Source: Octopus sinensis
Lineage: Eukaryota
Length of the DNA stretch: 22,646 nucleotides
Direction of reading: 5' to 3'
Assembly: GCF_006345805.1 (NCBI RefSeq)
Contig: NW_021823624.1
Span: 1-22,646 of the forward strand
Below, piece after piece: positions 10,271 to 21,051 of the stretch (the first letter of the stretch is position 1; each line of letters starts with the position of its first letter). The notes beneath the pieces were generated by a model. The model saw only the letters and a program-made list of their open reading frames with translations. It had not been told where the DNA came from and searched no databases. The position numbers and the translations under genes are program-made.

Positions 10271-10689
10271 GGTATATATATAGGCGTACATATGTACATA
10301 GCGCGCGTGTTCTTTGCGATAAACATATGCCGAACTTTTTCGAATAGGTTCCTAATTTTAGGAGAAATAATTTCACGTATAATAAACAAAATAAGAGGAA
10401 TATATACGTATATGTCTGTGTGTATGTAAGTGCGTGCATTTCCGTGCATGTGTTTATGCATATTTCTGTGTATGTGTGTGTGTTTGCGCAACCGAATCCC
10501 TGAGAGAGAGAGAGAAAGTGTGTGTGTGTGTGCGTGTGTGCGTGCGTGTGTATGGGCTTGCATATAATATAGGATTGCGGTTATATTCCGTTACTCCTCA
10601 AATTTTCACGTAAAGCGGTTGATCGCGTAACCGTTTATGCTACATAAATCACAATATTTATGGTGGAAAATGCGTTTCTTCTTTTCTTC

Positions 10690-10817
10690 TTTTACTTGTT
10701 TCAGTCATTTTAAGCCGGCCATGCTGGAGCACAGCCTTGAAAACAAACATGAACACAAACACATACATACACACATATATAGACATACATGCACTATCTA
10801 TATCTGTCTGTCTATCT

Positions 10818-10848
<31 letters not shown>

Positions 10849-10872
10849 CTCTATCTCTCTCTCTCTCTCTCT

Positions 10873-10906
<34 letters not shown>

Positions 10907-11055
10907 CAAAATGGCTTTTACAGTTGCCATCAACAAAATCCACTCACAAGGCTTTGGGTGACCACAGCTATAGTAGAAGCCACTTGACCAAGGATTGAAC
11001 CTGGCACTATGTAGTTGGGAGACAAGTTTCAAACCACACTACCACGCCTGCGTCT
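10690..11055 (-). mobile_element. CORE-like OR-type SINE with internal microsatellite and deletions
   Basis: Tail (TTTACTTGTTTCAGTCAT..CCATGCTGGAGCAC) at 10690-10738, internal CA/TCTA/CT/TA array, and head plus CORE-like part (CACAAGGCTTTGG..GCTATAGTAGAAG..TTGAACC..ACCACGCCTGCG) at 10912-11055. Confidence 0.8.
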
Positions 11056-11093
11056 ATGACTGAAACAAGTAAAACAATAAAAGAATATATATA

Positions 11094-12376
11094 TGCTAAG
11101 GTGCAAAAGATATTTGAGGACAGATTCATGTTTATAAAAAATAAAAACAGATATATAATGACAGATAATAATTTTATTTATCAAAAAATGCTTTGAGGAT
11201 AAAAATAAATCTTCTTTTCTATAATTTTATTCAATAAAACCACCTTCAGCTTCAACGACTGCTTCTATATGAGATCTAAATCATCTTTATGCTCGAATAA
11301 AGTGGTCCTGGGTCATTTTGGACATTACTCTGACTATCGCAGCTTTCATAGCATCTCAACAACGCCCCACATTTCCTAGCCCAATGGATTAAAACTTGGG
11401 GAATTAGGAAGCCAAATGTTAGGGGTTATTTGATCATGAACATTTTCAGCCATCCATTACTGTGTTACTAGAGTCATGTGTGAATGTGCAGAGTCTTACT
11501 GAAACACATATGGCCTTCCATTGCATACACTGTCTATCCAGGGCTTAACAATTATTTCCAGGACCCCAATGTAGGCGGCAGAGTGGAAAGAAGTAAGGAG
11601 GTATTCCATGTCCTTCGTTGCTGACAAACCCTAAAACCATGACAGTTGCAGGAAATTTTGTATGCATAACACTTGAAACTTCTGCAGGGTCTGCACATAA
11701 CCATCCGTCATTTCTTCTGTTAACTTTTTGATTTTGGTCGAAGATTTTCTCATTTGAGAAAAACCAAATCAAATCTTCTGCTGGTTTTTTCAGTTTGTTT
11801 AAGAGCCTTTTAGATCTGATGTAGGTATTGTTTTCTTTTTTTCATTTCCTGAAATGACCTTTCCTCATCATACAAGACATATCTGATGTCTTCGTGGACA
11901 ACATTTCTAACTGTTCCTTCTGACACATGGAGATCTTTTGCAACTGACCTCATGGATTGTAATCAATGGTCTGTTGAACTTGCTGGATAAATTCAGGTGT
12001 TCTGATGATTTCAGAGTGTTTAGAATGCTATTTATGCTTTGATACTGGTGATACGTTTCCATCTTCAGTCTCTAACTCCTTACAAACTTTGTAGACGAAA
12101 GATCTGGCAACTTTTAAAAATGGAGATATTTCTAAATCGCTATGCTCAGCCTTTATAACCACAATAATTTTTTGAGTAAGCTGACGATCTACCTTTATTA
12201 TTTTCTGAAACAAAAGATTATACAGAGTTAGCAAAAGGTTTTTTCTCTCCCTACAATCTGGTAAAAGGGAACGAAACGTGACCGTATCTTTATGATCCGG
12301 TATAGGAGACTCAGTCCACGGAGTGACGCCGCTCCACCCCTCTTCTCAAAAACCTAAGAATTTCAATTGCCAGCGA
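11094..12376 (-). mobile_element. Decayed Tc1/mariner-superfamily transposon, maT (DD37D) family; transposase pseudogene about 12190-11227
   Basis: Minus-strand frames give an HTH region (LEISPFLKVARSFVYKV), WFFSNEK..NRRND..KFPATVMVLG and YVFQ*DSA..WLPNSPSFNPLG, with exactly 37 residues between the 2nd and 3rd catalytic positions. The C-terminus reads EAEGGFIE*. Multiple stops and frameshifts. Terminal TIR-like CTAAGGTGCAAAAGATATTTGAGGA near 11096 matches the end of the second copy. Confidence 0.92.
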
Positions 12377-12932
12377 TCGGCACCGAAAGTTATGGTGGCT
12401 GTTTTACTACGTAACAAGGGCGCATCATTTCGCTTGAGTATTTAGAATGTGAATATGTCCTGAACAGCGAGAGGTTTGCTGAAAACCTCAAAAAGCTTAG
12501 AGAAGCTATGAGGTAGAACATGACGGAACACGAATATGAAAATGATTCCCCATCACTTTGAAAGTGCGTGACCACACACATCTTCGGCAACAAATTAAGC
12601 AACAGCAAATTGGCTGGTCAGTAGCCTACCCCGTTCCTCACATAGCCTGAATCCAGTGACCTCCAACTTTCATCTGTTCGGTCGAATGAAGGACAGGTTT
12701 GATTACATAGACAAGGTGAAAGTGACTGTGAAGAAATAAATACAACAGTGCACATCTGAATTTTCTCAAAGATGATTCAAGAGTTAGCTTCAAAGATGGC
12801 GCAAATGTATCGCTTGTAATGGAGATTATGTTGAATAGTATCTTCGAAAGGAAGTTACTCTCCGTGCACCTGCAATTTGAACAGCATACGTTAATGGAAA
12901 AAGTTAAGTCTGCTTTCGAGACAACCCTCGTG
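12377..12932 (+). mobile_element. 3' half of a classical mariner (DD34D-type) transposon, decayed
   Basis: Frames give SAPKVM.., LEYL..LNSERFAENLKKLREA, HHFESA*PHT, NFHLFGRMK and QRWRKCIACNGDYVE*, matching mariner SAGKVM / HDNARPH / DFHLF / GDYVE. Ends in mariner-like TIR ..GACAACCCTCGTG. Confidence 0.88.
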
Positions 12933-12949
12933 TGTATGTGACTGTGACT

Positions 12950-12953
12950 TTGT

Positions 12954-12995
<42 letters not shown>

Positions 12996-13016
12996 ATACA
13001 TACATACATACATACA

Positions 13017-13048
<32 letters not shown>

Positions 13049-13050
13049 CA
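12950..13050. repeat. (TG)n(TACA)n microsatellite
   Basis: Direct reading. Confidence 0.97.
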
Positions 13051-13794
13051 ATCATATACGCATACGTACGCATACATTCATGCATGTATTACATGTGAAT
13101 CTGTAAAGAAAACGAGTGGGAAGTAAACATTATCATAAGTACATAAATATTACACTAAATACACTTGAGCAAAATGTCATTAATTTCGAAGGATGTGACC
13201 CCGTCTTTATATCGATTGAATTGACTTAACGAACAAAGCCATAACTTAAACGTACATATATACGTATGAAGGCGAAATGATCTGCTTCACCACGGACCAT
13301 AAAAAACACTCGCTGTATATACACCAACAGATGTTTATATACATATACATACATATATACATCCATACTTATATGCATTCATATATATGTGTGTGTGTGT
13401 GCTTTTGTGTTACGGCGTACGTTAGTAATGATGGCATGTAAAGGGCGGGAGGAAACGAATGGCTGCGTTGGCGACAACTTACAATAATATCATAGCGTTT
13501 ATGAAGCGGAGCATGAAGTCATTTCGATGTCAATAGGTGTGTAATGAGATTCAGAAGGTTGGGCGTGGCCTTAGGTGTAAACAGGTTTGATCTATCTATC
13601 TATTGTGTACAATTTATATACAATACTTTGTGTTGATTTTTACGATCTGATACTTGAATGAAAACAGATTTTATGGCAGGGTCGTAAAGATGAAATAATC
13701 TGTTGTACTGGCTTACATTTAAATCAAAGATCAAATAGTTTTAATAATATTAATGCCCATAATCATTATATTTATGAGCTTACGAGCACGGATA

Positions 13795-13979
13795 TATGTA
13801 TAGATATGCGTGTGTGTGTGTATTTGGTATTTGTGCGTGTGTGTTATGTGTACGTACATACACATATATATATATATTATGTGTGTGTGTGTGTGTGGTG
13901 TGTGTTATATATTATAAGTATATATGTATATACATATATGTACATATATTTATATATGTATATACATATATATATGTAT

Positions 13980-14015
<36 letters not shown>

Positions 14016-14126
14016 GATATAATACTATATTATTTATATATATTATGTATATATAGATATATATATATGCATATGAATATATGCATATATATACATATAT
14101 GTGTGTGTTTAGTGACAGGGAACGCA

Positions 14127-14180
<54 letters not shown>
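13795..14180. repeat. (TG)n/(TA)n/(GA)n compound array
   Basis: Direct reading; pure (GA)n at about 14132-14177. Confidence 0.95.
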
Positions 14181-14181
<1 letters not shown>

Positions 14182-14487
14182 CATATATGCGTATATTCAC
14201 ACATAATGAATAAAGGTGAACGTATTGAGGTAAATATCTTATTGCATTTTCTTTTTTCTTTTATTCGTTTTCTTCTTTTTTTTTATTACTCTACATTAAG
14301 TGTTGAATACTCTGTAATGCATGTTGTTTATTTGTACATATGTACAATAATTCTATTGTATGAATTTGTGTGTGTATGTATGTGTGTAATAATAATGCGT
14401 ACTATAATACTGACAAACGTATATTTTCTGTCGTTATACACACGTATTCATACTGACGCATGCAAACACCCTCCCACACACACAAAC

Positions 14488-14801
14488 CAGTGGTTCCCAA
14501 CCGTTTTCTACCTATGGACCCCCTTGATTACTATTTTATTCTGGTGGGTCCCACTAGCCATTTGATATCTAAGAACTAGTTTTATAGATACTTCCTTCGA
14601 AGTTCCTATCTTGCTTTTCACACATTCAGTTGTGTAAGTTGTATTATGTAAAACGTTAGAGAAAGAAACCTAAAGCGAAACTATTTTACGGACCCTTAAA
14701 ATGATACTAAGGATTCTCAGTTTGCTATTTTGCTTGTGTGGACCCACCAAAATCTTATATGGACCACCGGGAGTCACCATGGGCTCTGGTGAGAACCACT
14801 G
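14488..14801. mobile_element. Non-autonomous hAT-type (Charlie-like) MITE, 314 bp
   Basis: TIRs CAGTGGTTCCCAACC and GGTGAGAACCACTG, with repeated subterminal GGACCC/GGGTCC motifs. The flanking 8-mers (ACACAAAC, ATCTACAT) do not match, so no TSD is preserved. Confidence 0.82.
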
Positions 14802-14949
14802 ATCTACATCAACATTTCCACGGATGAACAGTCACTTCGCGGATTGTTAGAAACCCTACCGAGTGTTGGACATTAATGTTGGAGATCGATTGTGGACCGA
14901 ACAATACATACCGACCGGCTTGGGGAAACTATTGCACCGTTAGACATTG

Positions 14950-16205
14950 TCATTAAGTGGGAAGTGAATCATAAGCACACGACGTTGCTGCTTTATGATA
15001 GATTATCTGAAGTTTATGGAAACTGCCGACAATAAACATTGGCGAGTAAATTATTTGCTCTTAAAAACGGACTGCAGGCAGTAAATGAACAAACAATAGC
15101 GTTCTTTAGAAAAATACCATCGATGCAAGTTAGCAATAAATCTACAAGCAGTGGAATCAGCGTGAATGACCACACCTTCAAAAAGGTTGCGGAAGACCCT
15201 ATCCTTGATGATCTCGAGTCGTTTTGGGGGAGGGATCTGGGATGTAAACGAAAAACACAACCGTGGTATAGAGTGGCTAGAGAATACCAACAACATTAGC
15301 AAGAATTGCAACTTTATCTGGACCAACGACAAGGACATCATATTTCCCCTGGAAGGTTATGTCTTTGCTATCCAAGAACAGGAGATAACTTCTAAATAAA
15401 CGATAGCAACTAAATACTTGATCAACGAAAGAAACACTGATCTTCTAAACGTCTGTGTTCACAAGATGCTACTTTTTCATGCAACATTGCATTGCCGGTA
15501 AGACACATCAGAACCAGAAAATATCAACTTTTAAAAATAAAGAATACTGGCGGAACATTCCAATAAAACAGCCACCCAGTTAGTATAAGTGCGTCAGGCC
15601 AGATATAGTTGCATGCGACAGAGATAGAGAAATCGAGTACCGTTCTAGATCAGTTGCACAGCAGATGTGAAAGTCTCTTTAAAATTTTGGAAAAAGGAGA
15701 ACATTTGTTGAGTGCTGATGAGAAAACTCTACAGCTTGAAAATCCAGTCAATGATTATCATTGGTGTACTGGGCTACGTAACAACAGATCTGCATATAAA
15801 CCCAGAAATAAACGCAGAAATATTTGGGTTCTCAAAAACCGAACAGCACAAACTGATTCGAATTCTCCACCATGAATTAGCAGACCAAAGAAAAAATTTT
15901 AAACTTTTCAATGAGTCTTTCTTTAAGGTCTCTTAGTAGACATAAGCACACAATCACATACACATATGGTATACATATGCATGTACATACATAAAAAATA
16001 ATGAGATTCATACACGCGTACTGTGTCATGATACACATACAGGTGCAAGTTTATTTACACGAACAGGTATACACGCAACATGCACGCGAACATGCACACC
16101 TCAAACAGTGATGTAGCGACGAATTTCCAGAGTTGTCCTGACTTAAACAAAAAAGCCTTCTCTGCAAAAGAAATTCTGCAAAGGAAAAAGAACTTGAAAT
16201 AATCC
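14950..16205 (+). mobile_element. Internally deleted R4/Dong-clade non-LTR retrotransposon remnant
   Basis: Frames give FFRKI, FWGG-IWD..HN..EWL, LEGYVFAIQEQE, KYLIN, EYWRNIPIKTAT, PDIV and IIIGVLGYVT, resembling pre-RT and C-terminal restriction-like endonuclease motifs of R4/Dong elements. No RT motifs seen. Boundaries are approximate. Confidence 0.72.
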
Positions 16206-16207
16206 GA

Positions 16208-16240
16208 AACACACACACACGCACACACACACACACACAC

Positions 16241-16296
<56 letters not shown>

Positions 16297-16348
16297 GTAC
16301 CTGTTATTCTTTGGACTGTGTTTGTGTGTATGTATATATGTATGCATG

Positions 16349-16387
<39 letters not shown>

Positions 16388-16390
16388 ATA
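16208..16390. repeat. (CA)n then (TA)n arrays
   Basis: Direct reading. Confidence 0.96.
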
Positions 16391-16392
16391 TT

Positions 16393-16819
16393 TTTTTTGT
16401 TTCAGTCATTTGACTGCGGCCATGCTGGAGCACCACCTTTTAGTCGAGCAAACCGACCCCAGGACTTATTCTTTGTAAGCCTAGTACTTATTTTATCGGT
16501 CTCTTTTTCCGAACCGCTAGGTTACGGGGACGTAAACACACCAGCATCGGTTGTCAAGCGATCTTGGGGGACAAACTCAGACACACAAACATACACACAC
16601 ACACACACACACACCACACACACTAATACACACACTCAAACAAACATACGCACACACACACACACACACACACTCACTCACACACACACACACACATATA
16701 TATACATCTACATATATACGACGGCTTCTTTCAGTTTCCGTCTACCAAATCCACTCGCAAGTCTTTGGTCGGCCTGAGGCTATAGTAGAAGACATTTGCC
16801 TAACGTCCCACGCAGTGGG
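16393..16819 (-). mobile_element. Young CORE-like OR-type SINE with internal (CA)n, 5'-truncated at the B box
   Basis: Reverse complement closely matches 20890-21310; internal microsatellite at about 16580-16715. Confidence 0.93.
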
Positions 16820-16909
16820 TGTCTCTGTATGTGTGTATGTATGTTTATTATGCAAAGTATACACCGTGCATAATTTTATGTTTGTATGTTTAAGTGCATA
16901 ATACGCAAT

Positions 16910-17000
<91 letters not shown>

Positions 17001-17075
17001 GTCTGTCTGTCTGTCTGTCTGTCTTTCTGTCTGTCTGCCTCTCTGTCTGTCTATGTGTATGTGTCTCTGTCTGTA
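16910..17075. repeat. (TCTA)n grading into (TCTG)n
   Basis: Direct reading. Confidence 0.97.
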
Positions 17076-17452
17076 TGTAGATCTGTTGTTTTTTAAATGT
17101 GCCCATAACCCTATAGTATTATTGTCAGTATTTTCACAATGACATTTATTGTTGATATCGGTCAAAGCATGGAAGTTGTAGTTATTCAGTCTAATTTTTC
17201 ACACATACTGTCTCAATGACTACGGTATCCAAGTTGAACTATTCTATACAAACGTAAATATTAACTAATTACCATATTGACACATTAAATATTTCATGCA
17301 TTGCTAACGTACTAAAGTAGGAGATATACGTATTTTAATATGTTTATGTATAACGCATGCGCATTTCTCATAGAAACGTATAGGCCGTGTCAAAACTATG
17401 TTACTGCCAGGATTATAGGCTGAGGAGAGGTTGAAGTGAAATATATATTTTT

Positions 17453-17683
17453 CTTTTATTTGTTTCAATAATTTGATTGCGACATTTTGGAGCACCGACT
17501 TTAAGGGATTTTTAGTGGAAGAAATCAACCACAGGGCTTACTCTTTGTAAGCCTAGCATTCACAAGGCTTTGCTCGGCCCGAGGCTATAGTAGAAGACAC
17601 TTGCCCAAGGTGCCAAGCAGATGTACTGAACCGGGAACCATGTGGTTGAGAAGCAAACTTCTTACCACACAGTTATGCCTGCT
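17453..17683 (-). mobile_element. CORE-like OR-type SINE with central deletion
   Basis: Tail and TTGTAAGCCTAG are joined directly to CACAAGGCTTTG..GAGGCTATAGTAGAAGACACTTGCCCAAGG..GAACCGGGAACCATGTGG..CTTACCACACAG; the microsatellite-bearing middle is missing. Confidence 0.85.
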
Positions 17684-17869
17684 CCTTTTTCTGTATAATT
17701 TAATTATGAAATATTTCTTGTATTTCTAATTAGTGTTCCACTCATTAGATTTATAAACATGGTTGTTAAATTAATCTTATATGATATTGCTTCGTGATTT
17801 TACTACCTTTTAAAAATTATTTTATAATGCAAACTGCAAATGAAAAATAGAAGTGATTGGCACTTCACT

Positions 17870-17884
17870 ATATATATACATATA

Positions 17885-17940
<56 letters not shown>
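17870..17940. repeat. (TA)n microsatellite
   Basis: Direct reading. Confidence 0.97.
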
Positions 17941-17943
<3 letters not shown>

Positions 17944-18085
17944 TATAAATAAGGGTATATGAGATACCACCATGCCGAAATAGTATTCAAGATCCCGACT
18001 CTAAAAACCACCTTAAATGTTCATATCGCGTCATGAGATAAGACAGAGAGACAAAATAAACTAGCAAAAAAGATTTTACTGGATA

Positions 18086-18144
18086 ATTCAAGACCCTGGA
18101 TTTCTGGCTTTGCTTCAAATAAGCTCTGCCTTCGTCAGTTGAAT
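18086..18144 (-). ncRNA. Minimal type I hammerhead ribozyme candidate (Penelope-like/retrozyme type)
   Basis: Minus strand: AUUCAA, CUGACGA, A, GGC-AGA-GCUU-AUUUG-AAGC-AAA-GCC, A, GAAA, UCC-A-GGG, UC, UUGAAU. Perfect 6-bp stem I, intact core, bipartite stem II, quasi-palindromic short stem III and a GUC cleavage triplet. Confidence 0.65.
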
Positions 18145-18355
18145 ATACCAGATGGGCACATAAATACATATATATACAAGACATATAAGCGTTTTTACAA
18201 CCCCCTCTGTTATAATTGTGTTTTATTCACAATTATACACTCTTTTGTGAAAATAAACACTGTTCCGAAGACGAAGGGCATTGGATTCATTTTCTTAATA
18301 CCATCAAAACCAGTAACATCGGGGCAGATGACGTGACTTAGACCAACCCCGGCAT

Positions 18356-19349
18356 TTGGAAGCTTCTGGTGGGAATGTTTCTGTGATATCAAAGAAAAGA
18401 CGTTTTAAGCGTTCGCACATTATAAGGACCACGCGATTCATCCAACGGGTCCAAAACATTATCAATAATCATCCCGGAAAATCAAGGAGGGCCATCACCA
18501 TCGAACTTTAGGTGTCGGGGTGGATTATAAGAACTGAAGTGCACGAGAATATTTGATATAAATCATATGTGCTAGAGAGAGAGAGAGAGGCCAGTTCGTA
18601 TTTGTAAGGACACAAGAAACAAGTTTAATTCATACCGAACGGATAATAAACAAGATCAAAACCCTCACGAACATGGCATGCTCACATGAGAAAAACTTCG
18701 ACCCAGAACGAAAAGACTAACGGGAGAAATGGTCAGTGGTTGTATGCAGATCCTTTTAATGCCTCGACGTTATTCACACTAAGTTTGAAGAGCCTGTGAT
18801 GGTTTTAGGAGTGATGAGCATTGAAGGTAATCTCATGCCACCTCACATCTTGCCACAGGGTCCTAGAGTTAATGCTGCTAGATACGATATGGTGTCGGAA
18901 AGGGTTATTAAGGCCTGGGAGGAAGTAATACGCAGCGAGAGGCTTTTCATGAATTCCATGTAATCTAAGAATGAATATTAGAGACAACATTTATAATCAT
19001 GTAGCATCCAACTTGTGGCTGTAAAATCTGCCACATTTAAGTCCAATTGGCTACTATGTCTGATCATTATTGAAAGGAAAACTAATCGACATCGCCACAG
19101 CACCATAACTACACCTTGGCTTCACCCATTATCCAGGTGTTGACCGAAATGAATAAGAACTATTTACTGCAGGTATATCATTGAAACGGTTACTGAAGCC
19201 GAGGTGGGATTCATAGAATAAACTTATAAAAGAGATTATGAAGATCAATAGCACAAATTTTTATTAAAATATATATAATTTTCTTTTTGACAGATTAAAT
19301 TTAGTTTATTAAATTACAAAATACGTTCTCAAATACCATTTGCATATTG
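18356..19349 (+). mobile_element. Second, more decayed maT (DD37D) transposon, 5'-truncated
   Basis: Frames give LEASGGNVS..RSHIIRT..VHENI*YKSY, SHEKNFD, HTKF..VMVLGV..MPPH..QG.RVNAA, LSPIGYYV* and EAEVGFIE* (stop ends 19221). Terminus TTCTCAAATACCATTTGCATATTG followed by TA resembles the reverse complement of 11096-11120. Confidence 0.88.
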
Positions 19350-19380
19350 TATACATACATGCATACATACGTACATACAT

Positions 19381-19485
19381 ACTCTGTTCTTGATGATGAA
19401 ATTCCTATGAAGGAGCCTGGGATCGAGGTTAGAAACCGGTTCTTTCTTTATTGACATGAAATCTTGTAATAAGCTGAATAATGAC
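19381..19485 (+). mobile_element. Probable short 3' end fragment of a non-LTR element (Dong-like tail)
   Basis: GAGGTTAGAAACCGGTTCTTTC..GAAATCTTGTAATAAGCTGAATAA is recalled as an octopus LINE 3' end and weakly resembles 16185-16205; based on recall only. Confidence 0.35.
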
Positions 19486-19524
19486 ATATATACATACATT
19501 TGTGAGTATCTATATCTAAATCCA

Positions 19525-19960
<436 letters not shown>

Positions 19961-20216
19961 ATATGAAATCTTAGTTCTCGAAATAATAACATTACTTACA
20001 GTTTCTGATTGCTTTTGTTAGGACAAAAGCTGATCCTACATAAACCAAATGATTACATGCTTACTTATTAGGCATGACATCGTATGAAGACAGAAAACGT
20101 TTCTTTCAAAGATCAAAGCCTTTGATGATGCATAAATAAGGCCGACTTCCAGGCTATTTATACTCGTTCCCCTCCATTCAGCAGATATTTGTAGAGTTTG
20201 TAATGAAAACAACCAG

Positions 20217-20274
20217 CCGCTAGATGGCATAATATGTCATTATGACATCATAAACGGATATTATGATGTCATAA
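20217..20274. promoter_or_regulatory. CTCF-like motif plus paired CRE-like palindromes
   Basis: CCGCTAGATGGCA (20217-20229), followed by TTATGACATCATAA (20240-20253) and TTATGATGTCATAA (20261-20274). Confidence 0.3.
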
Positions 20275-20394
20275 CGTCGACACACATGAAAAGAAACTGT
20301 GTTGCAAGACAAAGAAAGTAAGCAATGAAAGGGGACCACGTGTAGGAACACATGGGATTAAATTAAACGAAACATCAACATGGAGTCCTCCTTG

Positions 20395-20593
20395 TGATAT
20401 ATATATATATATATATATACGTAGAAAATGAAATAAGTAATGGGTCAACGAGCGAGCGTATACATTCACACACGTGCATACAGGCGTGAAATACATACAT
20501 GTATACATACATACATACGTACGTACGGATGTTTGTTTGTATGTACGTATGTATGTATTTATGTATGTATATATATATGTATATATGGATGTG

Positions 20594-20639
<46 letters not shown>

Positions 20640-20685
20640 AATATGCACACACACACACACACACGCACACACACACACACACATA
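20395..20685. repeat. (TA)n/(TACA)n/(CA)n compound array
   Basis: Direct reading. Confidence 0.94.
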
Positions 20686-20686
20686 A

Positions 20687-20832
20687 CGGGATTCTTTCAG
20701 TTACCGTCTCCCAAATCACAAAGCTTTGGCCGGCCCGAGGCTATGGTAGAAGACATTTACCCAATACGACATGCTGTTGGTCAGATAATGGGACTATGTG
20801 GTTGAGAAACGAACTTCTCACCATGCAGCCAA
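20687..20832 (-). mobile_element. Head and CORE-like part of an OR-type SINE
   Basis: CTTTCAGTTACCGTC..AAAGCTTTGGCCGGCCCGAGGCTATGGTAGAAGACA..ATGTGGTTGAGAAACGAACTTCT is the reverse complement of the head at 20849-21008. Confidence 0.8.
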
Positions 20833-20848
20833 TAATATATATGTATAT

Positions 20849-21007
20849 GCAGGCGTGGCTGTGTCGTAAGAAGCTTGCTTTCCACTCACGTAGTTCCGGG
20901 TTCAGTTCTACTATGTGGCAACTTGGACAAGTGTCTTTGACTATAACCTCAGACTGATCAAAGCCTTGTGAGTGCATTTGGTGAATGGAAACTGAAAGAA
21001 GCCCATC

Positions 21008-21051
<44 letters not shown>

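Noticed and set aside
10612-10636. Small hairpin AAGCGGTT..AACCGTTT
   Set aside because: An 8-bp imperfect stem is within chance expectation.
12050-12072. Other CUGANGA matches (12064-12070 minus, 9408-9414 minus, 15714-15720, 17419-17425, 22351-22357)
   Set aside because: Each lacks a stem II followed by GAAA and a complementary stem I; the first is transposase coding sequence.
13440-13572. GC-box-like motifs GGGCGGGA and GGGCGTGGCC in a unique island
   Set aside because: Short motifs are expected by chance; no CpG island, TSS or gene start supports a promoter.
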